Position numbers and translations under genes: made by a program. A model generated the notes under the pieces. The model saw nothing but the letters and a program-made list of their open reading frames with translations, was not told where the DNA came from and ran no database searches. Below are positions 59,801-64,000 of a stretch of DNA of 64,000 nt, one piece after another (position 1 is the first letter of the stretch; each line of letters begins with the position of its first letter). This stretch comes from Lama glama (Eukaryota), in assembly GCA_028534125.1 (NCBI GenBank), contig CM052831.1, positions 23,746,001-23,810,000 of the forward strand, written 5' to 3'.

Positions 59801-61828
59801 TACCACGGAGGCAGCCACCCAGGGACTATCCTGGTGCCACAGCCGGCCGCTTTGGGTCACGCGATGCGCTGGACCTAGGGGGACCCTGCGAGTGGATGCG
59901 CACGCTGCCCCCGCCGCATGGTGCCCGGGACCTTGACCCACAGCCCCCGCCTCTGCCACTATCTCCCCAGCGACAACTGTCAAGGGACCCCCTCTTGCCA
60001 TCCCGGCCCCTGGACTCTCTGTCCAGGAAATCGAACTCGGGGGAGCGGCTGGACCGTGTGCCTAGCCGGCACCCCTCACGAGAAGGCCTCGGGCCCCCAC
60101 CGCAGCTGCTCAGAGTCAGGGAAGACCCAGCCAGTGGCCCCAGCCACGGCCCCTCCACAGAGCAGCTGGACATTCTGTCCTCCATCCTTGCCTCCTTCAA
60201 CTCCTCGGCTCTCTCCTCTTCCGTGCAGTCCTCAAGCACACCCTCGGGCCCTCACACTACAGCCACGCCTTCTGCCACAGCCTCTGCTCTTGGGCCCTCC
60301 ACGCCACGTTCTGCCACGTCCCACAGCATCTCGGAGCTGTCCCCGGACTCAGAGTAAGCAGGGTCCAGCCACCTGCTCACATCCCCATCAGTTTAGGGCA
60401 ACTTCCTGGGCACCTGGGTCTGTGTTCCACCACAGAATGGAGCGGGGATTGGCAGACAGCATGGGCTACCCCAGGCTCAGCACTGCCAAGGGGCCACAGG
60501 CCAAGGGCAGAAATCTGGCAGCAAATGGGGTGATGAGCCCAGACTTTGTCAGCTGTATGCCTAGGGCCAACCACCCTCCCTTGCACCTCCTGAACTAAAG
60601 AGAGCAAGGTGCCTTCCAAAGAGCCTGAGCTAGTGGAAGGGGGCGGGCAGAGCCAAGGCCTAGAAGTGGGAGGTAGCCCAATATGTGGAAGGGGCAAGGA
60701 GGAGAGGAGGGGTCTCTACTTGGGAGGATTTGCTTAGGGGGTAGAATGGAATAGAAAGGGGCCAGAAGTAGTGCCAGGATGTGGGTGCCTTATATGCCAG
60801 GCTGAAGAACTGGGAGTAAATCATTCATTCATTTACTCACTCAGTCAATACTAAGTTCCTTCTGCCTGTGGAGACTGGGCTAGTACACACAGGAACTGAG
60901 TTGGGACCTGGTGCATCTCAGGTGCCTGTGGGGTATCTGTAGGGTAGGGGATGGCAGACATACCTGGGAAGCAGCTGAATTACAGGATTCAGAGGGAGTG
61001 AGGGGGGAGGGTATAGCTCAAGTGGTAGAGCACATGCCTAGCATGCACAAGGTCCTGGGTTCCATCCCAGTACCTCCTCTAAACATAAATAAACCTAATT
61101 ATCCCCCCAAGTAAATTAACAATAATAATAATAGCAAAATAAAAATAAAATGCAGAGGGAGTGAGTAGGAATCAGAAATTCCCAGGTCTTGGAAGCCAAA
61201 AGCAGAGTTGAGTTTCCAAAGGAGGGACAGCTAGGTCAGGCTCTGTGGAGGTCTGTAGGGTGAGAGGTGACTTTGGAGGGAAGGGCACCCTGGGAGTGGG
61301 GCAGGAGACCAACAGTACCTGAGCAGAGTTGGAGGAGGAGACAGGAAGGAGAGGCAGGGGATTTGGGGGCCTGGTGCCCAGAGCCCTGGAAGGATACTGG
61401 GGTAGAGAGGAGAGGGAGCTGGGAGCACCCCCTGGCTCCTGCCTTGGGGGTCTGGCTGTTGGGGGATGGGGTGCTTGGGGAACTGAGCAGGGGTTCAGGT
61501 TCTGGAGTCCCACTTGACTTCTCTGAGCCTCAGTTTCCTCATCTGCAAAATGTGTCTGTAGTAACAAACTCTTTGAGACATGGAGACTTTTGAGACACAA
61601 TTTGTCAGGTGCTTGCTAAGCACTTAGAGAAAAGACATAGGTGGCCAGCCAGGGGGCCTTGCTGGTGAGTCTGGGGCTAGGGACTGAGAGGCAAAGGTGT
61701 TGGGGGAGGTAAGGAGAGGTGGTCCACGCTGGGTCTGGTGGGGGGGGTGTCCAGAGCCACCTGACAGCAACCACCTGTGACTCCACATTCAACTCTGCAG
61801 AGTTCCCAGAAGTGAGAGTCACTCCTGA
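38146..61828 (+). CDS. CELSR3: Cadherin EGF LAG seven-pass G-type receptor 3 (adhesion GPCR C3, Flamingo homolog), 35 exons, about 3313 aa
   Basis: Signal peptide (PLLLLLLLLSLFPLSQEE), cadherin repeats (DRE and DxNDN motifs), EGF and laminin-G domains, GAIN/GPS, 7TM and tail ending EVPRSESHS*. Exons total 9942 nt in frame without the microexon. Confidence 0.98.
42703..43353 (+). CDS. CELSR3: CELSR3 exon 2
   Basis: GLHSVTAQC...CRPRFT; G|gtgaga. Confidence 0.96.
43683..43908 (+). CDS. CELSR3: CELSR3 exon 3
   Basis: EDCELDTEAGRC...TLSL; TC|gtaggt. Confidence 0.95.
44171..44286 (+). CDS. CELSR3: CELSR3 exon 4
   Basis: FATVQPSGLLFYNG...LTYST. Confidence 0.95.
44642..44730 (+). CDS. CELSR3: CELSR3 exon 5
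   Basis: ESNTVVS...RYYNK|gtgggc. Confidence 0.95.
44838..44995 (+). CDS. CELSR3: CELSR3 exon 6
   Basis: PRTDALGG...QTSSK; AA|gtgagg. Confidence 0.95.
45534..45697 (+). CDS. CELSR3: CELSR3 exon 7
   Basis: SLDLTGPLLLGG...NGTTA. Confidence 0.95.
45937..46062 (+). CDS. CELSR3: CELSR3 exon 8
   Basis: CQAKLHFC...KDCRL (EGF). Confidence 0.95.
46153..46322 (+). CDS. CELSR3: CELSR3 exon 9
   Basis: MAHPHHFRG...TLLCQ. Confidence 0.95.
46776..46961 (+). CDS. CELSR3: CELSR3 exon 10
   Basis: LNQGLLSV...FSLFQ. Confidence 0.95.
47537..47653 (+). CDS. CELSR3: CELSR3 exon 11
   Basis: DTLAVGNEL...VGCIQ. Confidence 0.94.
48036..48207 (+). CDS. CELSR3: CELSR3 exon 12
   Basis: GVWLGSTP...CTCWP. Confidence 0.94.
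48364..48505 (+). CDS. CELSR3: CELSR3 exon 13
   Basis: YYGPGCVDAC...HHCEH. Confidence 0.95.
48606..48726 (+). CDS. CELSR3: CELSR3 exon 14
   Basis: MDQQCPRGWW...CHCK. Confidence 0.95.
49045..49228 (+). CDS. CELSR3: CELSR3 exon 15
   Basis: EFHYRPRG...ASGCR (laminin-EGF). Confidence 0.95.
49543..49644 (+). CDS. CELSR3: CELSR3 exon 16
   Basis: LYDACPKS...PRGAL. Confidence 0.95.
49861..49875 (+). CDS. CELSR3: CELSR3 optional 15-nt microexon (adds LRGAG)
   Basis: ttctgggcag|GATTGCGGGGTGCAG|gtaagg; phase 1-1, frame-preserving, strong donor. Confidence 0.75.
50608..50695. repeat. Compound (TG)n-(GA)n-(GCGA)n microsatellite
   Basis: Read directly from the sequence. Confidence 0.9.
51104..51198 (+). 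CDS. CELSR3: CELSR3 exon 17
   Basis: TAMRLCDEDQGW...ELNLL. Confidence 0.95.
51350..51559 (+). CDS. CELSR3: CELSR3 exon 18
   Basis: LDGLELNK...AHFNE. Confidence 0.95.
51804..51999 (+). CDS. CELSR3: CELSR3 exon 19
   Basis: NLLWAGSA...VTPNI. Confidence 0.95.
52252..52407 (+). CDS. CELSR3: CELSR3 exon 20
   Basis: LSIDRMEH...PSPAE. Confidence 0.95.
52821..52995 (+). CDS. CELSR3: CELSR3 exon 21
   Basis: LSTSGSS...ERRGA. Confidence 0.94.
53595..53762 (+). CDS. CELSR3: CELSR3 exon 22
   Basis: LPQNPVMNS...CVQWDPPG. Confidence 0.95.
53985..54111 (+). CDS. CELSR3: CELSR3 exon 23 (GPS)
   Basis: VDRHGTWTARDC...CRCSRTGTFGILMDASPRE. Confidence 0.95.
54197..54403 (+). CDS. CELSR3: CELSR3 exon 24 (TM1-2)
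   Basis: RLEGDLELL...RTQNQ. Confidence 0.95.
54610..54784 (+). CDS. CELSR3: CELSR3 exon 25 (TM3-4)
   Basis: LVCTAVAILLHYFFL...GWGVPAVLL. Confidence 0.95.
54987..55099 (+). CDS. CELSR3: CELSR3 exon 26
   Basis: LAVGLDPEGYGNPDFCW...VIVIV. Confidence 0.95.
55546..55625 (+). CDS. CELSR3: CELSR3 exon 27
   Basis: MNGTMFLL...KKTSV. Confidence 0.94.
55561..55647 (+). ncRNA. Region homologous to the human MIR4793 hairpin (spans the exon 27/intron 27 junction); expression here unproven
   Basis: ACATCCTGCTCCACTGGGCAGAGG and TCTGTGCTGTGAGTTGGCTGGCT resemble my recollection of miR-4793-5p and -3p. Conservation may simply reflect coding and splice-site constraint. Confidence 0.3.
56154..56277 (+). CDS. 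CELSR3: CELSR3 exon 28
   Basis: TLRSSFLLL...LSGLQ. Confidence 0.94.
56681..56797 (+). CDS. CELSR3: CELSR3 exon 29
   Basis: GLVVLLLFCVVN...PAAGT. Confidence 0.94.
56904..57052 (+). CDS. CELSR3: CELSR3 exon 30
   Basis: GPGAYNNTALFEES...HSYL. Confidence 0.94.
57325..57434 (+). CDS. CELSR3: CELSR3 exon 31 (3' end may instead be 57440)
   Basis: DNVLVRHG...MFHRDA; two in-phase GT donors 6 nt apart. Confidence 0.85.
57743..57901 (+). CDS. CELSR3: CELSR3 exon 32
   Basis: ADSDSDSDLSL...LTHPK. Confidence 0.94.
58455..58655 (+). CDS. CELSR3: CELSR3 exon 33
   Basis: VDGNDLLSYW...QRQRK. Confidence 0.94.
59465..60353 (+). CDS. CELSR3: CELSR3 exon 34
   Basis: ILKNRLQYPL...SELSPDS; GA|gtaagc. Confidence 0.95.
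61003..61150 (+). mobile_element. tRNA-derived SINE (camelid Vic-1-like) with target-site duplication
   Basis: A box TAGCTCAAGTGG, B-box-like GGTTCCATCCC, A-rich tail. TSD CAGAGGGAGTGAG at 60990-61002 and 61153-61165. Confidence 0.9.
61510..61630 (+). mobile_element. MIR fragment
   Basis: CACTTGACTTCTCTGAGCCTCAGTTTCCTCATCTGCAAAATG core. Confidence 0.8.
61801..61828 (+). CDS. CELSR3: CELSR3 exon 35, coding part
   Basis: ctgcag|A GTT CCC AGA...TCC TGA = (E)VPRSESHS*. Confidence 0.92.
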
Positions 61829-63512
61829 GGGGCAGACGTGTGGATGAGGAACAGCCGAGGGCGATGGAGGATTTGGGTGAACAGAAGACTCCCGGAGTCA
61901 GAGGCTGATCCCAAGGCAGCCTCCTACACCCCTCGCCCCCCAGCTTTCCCCGTTGCTACAGTGCTGACGTGTGAGCGTGTGAGCGCAGAGCGAGGGAACT
62001 GAAGGGAGGACTTTTATACATTTTGTACCTTTGTAACCAGATATGCTTATGTTATTTTTCAGCTTTTCTGTCTCCCAGATTCTGAGGCTGGGCTAGGAGG
62101 GGGAGGGGGACAGAGGGAAAGAGGTGCAGAGTTTGGCCCCCTTTGGGTCCCTGGCAAATTATATGATATTTCCTCTCATCTTACCAGGGTGGATTCAGAC
62201 AGGAGGGGTAAATTCCTTCCCCACCCCTCCACTGCCCGCCCAGGTAGATCTGAATATCGTCAGGGCCAAAAGTGCAGAACTGATCTTTGCTTTTTCTTGG
62301 ATATCCCAGGGGCCAAACTTCTGGGACTGGGAGTTGGTCTTGGAAACAGGGGTCCTCTGACCTCCTCACAGGGGCTCACTCTTGTGTCCCTCCCCATGGA
62401 TGTGTGTGTTCATTACGTGAGTCCCTGCCACTTACTGCCTTATGACCCAGGACTGATGCTGTGGGGCGCTGGTGGAGCAGCAGATGTCATGTTTACAGAG
62501 CAAGGCTTCCCTTTCTCCCATGGGGAGGGGCTCAGGCCTCTATTCAGACATTCCTGCAGAAGGTGGATGGAGGGGTTATTTGCCAGCCCCTGCCCCTGCT
62601 GTCAGTAAAAGTTGTCTGTGGTGCCATTTGATTCCCTGACACTGCCCCCTGCTGGAATTTATTCTGCAGGAGAGGTTGGTGGTGGAAGCAAAGGGAGAAG
62701 CAGAAACAAGGGAACTGAAGACTCAGAATGTAGGTGCCACTGCCTCCCATGTTTACAGGAGCCTCCCTGGCCCTAGGCACCCGGGCTGCAGGAAGTGACT
62801 CAGTTCCATCCCTCCTTAATTCCCTTCTAAAGGGAAAAATGACTGTTAGGACCATGTTCACAAACTCACTTTTATTACTTTGTCTGATGTCCAGAAATGG
62901 GGACTTTTAAATTTTGTTACTTTGTTTACAGGTCAAGGTTGAAAACACTTTTAAACTTTGTTTACAACTTACAACTTTGAACTTTTACACTTTGTTTACC
63001 GTTGAGAATATTTTTTTCGTTTTGTTTACAAATGAAAGGTAGAGAATGTGGGAGAGGGGTGTGGAGGACCCACCTGTGAGGACCCTGAACCTGGCCACCT
63101 TGAGGGGTTTCTAACCCCTCACTCTCCCAGGCCAAAGGTCAGCCCTGAGTCCCTGTAGAACAGCAGGCCCAGTAGGCATCCTCTTACCATGGGGAACAGT
63201 GACCAAGCAGGGTTGTGAAGGGTCGGTGCAGACACCCCACTCCTTCATGCACACTCTTGGGAGGCAGTTTTGAAAGAGACTGAAAGCTCTGCTTTACTGA
63301 CTGGTGCCAAATCCCGCCAGCCAGGACCCCAGCTCTCCTTATCGAGTGTCCCCAGCCGTTGAAGGGTTGAGGGGCCTGCCGTGGGGAGAGGGGGTTGTCC
63401 TTGCTGTGTCCTAGGTTCTGTAGATGCCCCTCTCCAGAGGTCCCCTCTCGAGCCCAGTGGCTCCTTTCCCTGTCTGTGTAAATTGTTCCGTGAAGCCGCG
63501 CTCTGTTTTGGG

Positions 63513-63518
63513 AATAAA
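63513..63518 (+). terminator. CELSR3: CELSR3 polyA signal AATAAA
   Basis: Canonical hexamer about 1.7 kb after the stop, followed by U/GU-rich sequence. Confidence 0.85.
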
Positions 63519-64000
63519 CTTCTATAGAAAATGGTTATTGCCTCTTTCTGTTTGGGGGTGGGGTACCAGGGTGGCTATGAATGATTCAGGCCAGGCTGAC
63601 CTTTGGGAGAAATGTGAGCACTGCCCTCACCCACCTTCCCAAGAATATTCGGCTATTTTTAGCTTATTTCATTGGAGATTTGGACCAGGTTCCGATCTCT
63701 TTCATCCTGAATTTTGTCCAGTGGCCTTGAGGTTGGGCCTGAAGTATGAGCACACGTACTGAGAGTCAAGGCAACAACTTGATGGCTTCCTAAGTCTGCA
63801 GGGCCTGCAGCCCTCACCTGGCATTTTCTCTGGCAGTCAGACCCACCTTAGGAACTGCCCTCAGCCCACTGACAGCACTGAGGAGCCTCTCAGACTTGGA
63901 ATTGCCGGGACATAGCGTTCCTCCGGAACTCAGGCAGAAGGCTTCGGGCCTGATGCCCGGCCTGTGCTATGTCCAGGAGAGGGGAACCTCTCAGCCTTTC

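Noticed and set aside
61005-61076. tRNA-like sequence
   Set aside because: It is the head of a SINE, with an A-rich tail and TSD, not a tRNA gene.
1-64000. CRISPR array, prokaryotic operon or unannotated protein-coding gene
   Set aside because: No repeat-spacer array was seen. All convincing coding sequence belongs to IP6K2, NCKIPSD or CELSR3.

Overview
Mammalian genomic DNA, probably camelid: the tRNA-derived SINE at 61003-61150 matches my recollection of the Vic-1 family. Three protein-coding genes lie in tandem on the + strand in the conserved order IP6K2 - NCKIPSD - CELSR3. IP6K2 has 5 coding exons at 11939-18781 (425 aa) and one U12-type minor intron; its non-coding first exon probably lies upstream of the window. 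NCKIPSD/SPIN90 has 13 exons at 21019-30483 (721 aa). CELSR3 has 35 exons plus a 15-nt optional microexon at 38146-61828 (about 3313 aa), with a 3' UTR to about 63540. All exon boundaries were read by hand and sum to intact reading frames. The rest is intron/intergenic sequence with old L1, L2, MIR and DNA-transposon fragments, two young insertions with target-site duplications, and five N-runs. I find no new protein-coding system. The best second-look signals are regulatory: (1) a 39-bp coding duplication in CELSR3 exon 1 spelling two split REST/RE1 sites, next to a canonical promoter RE1; (2) a stop-start relay of uORFs ending in TGATG at the CELSR3 start; (3) six miR-30 seed matches in the CELSR3 3' UTR; (4) dense CTGAC branch-point-like arrays in two CELSR3 introns; (5) a candidate truncating terminal exon and polyA site in IP6K2 intron 2.
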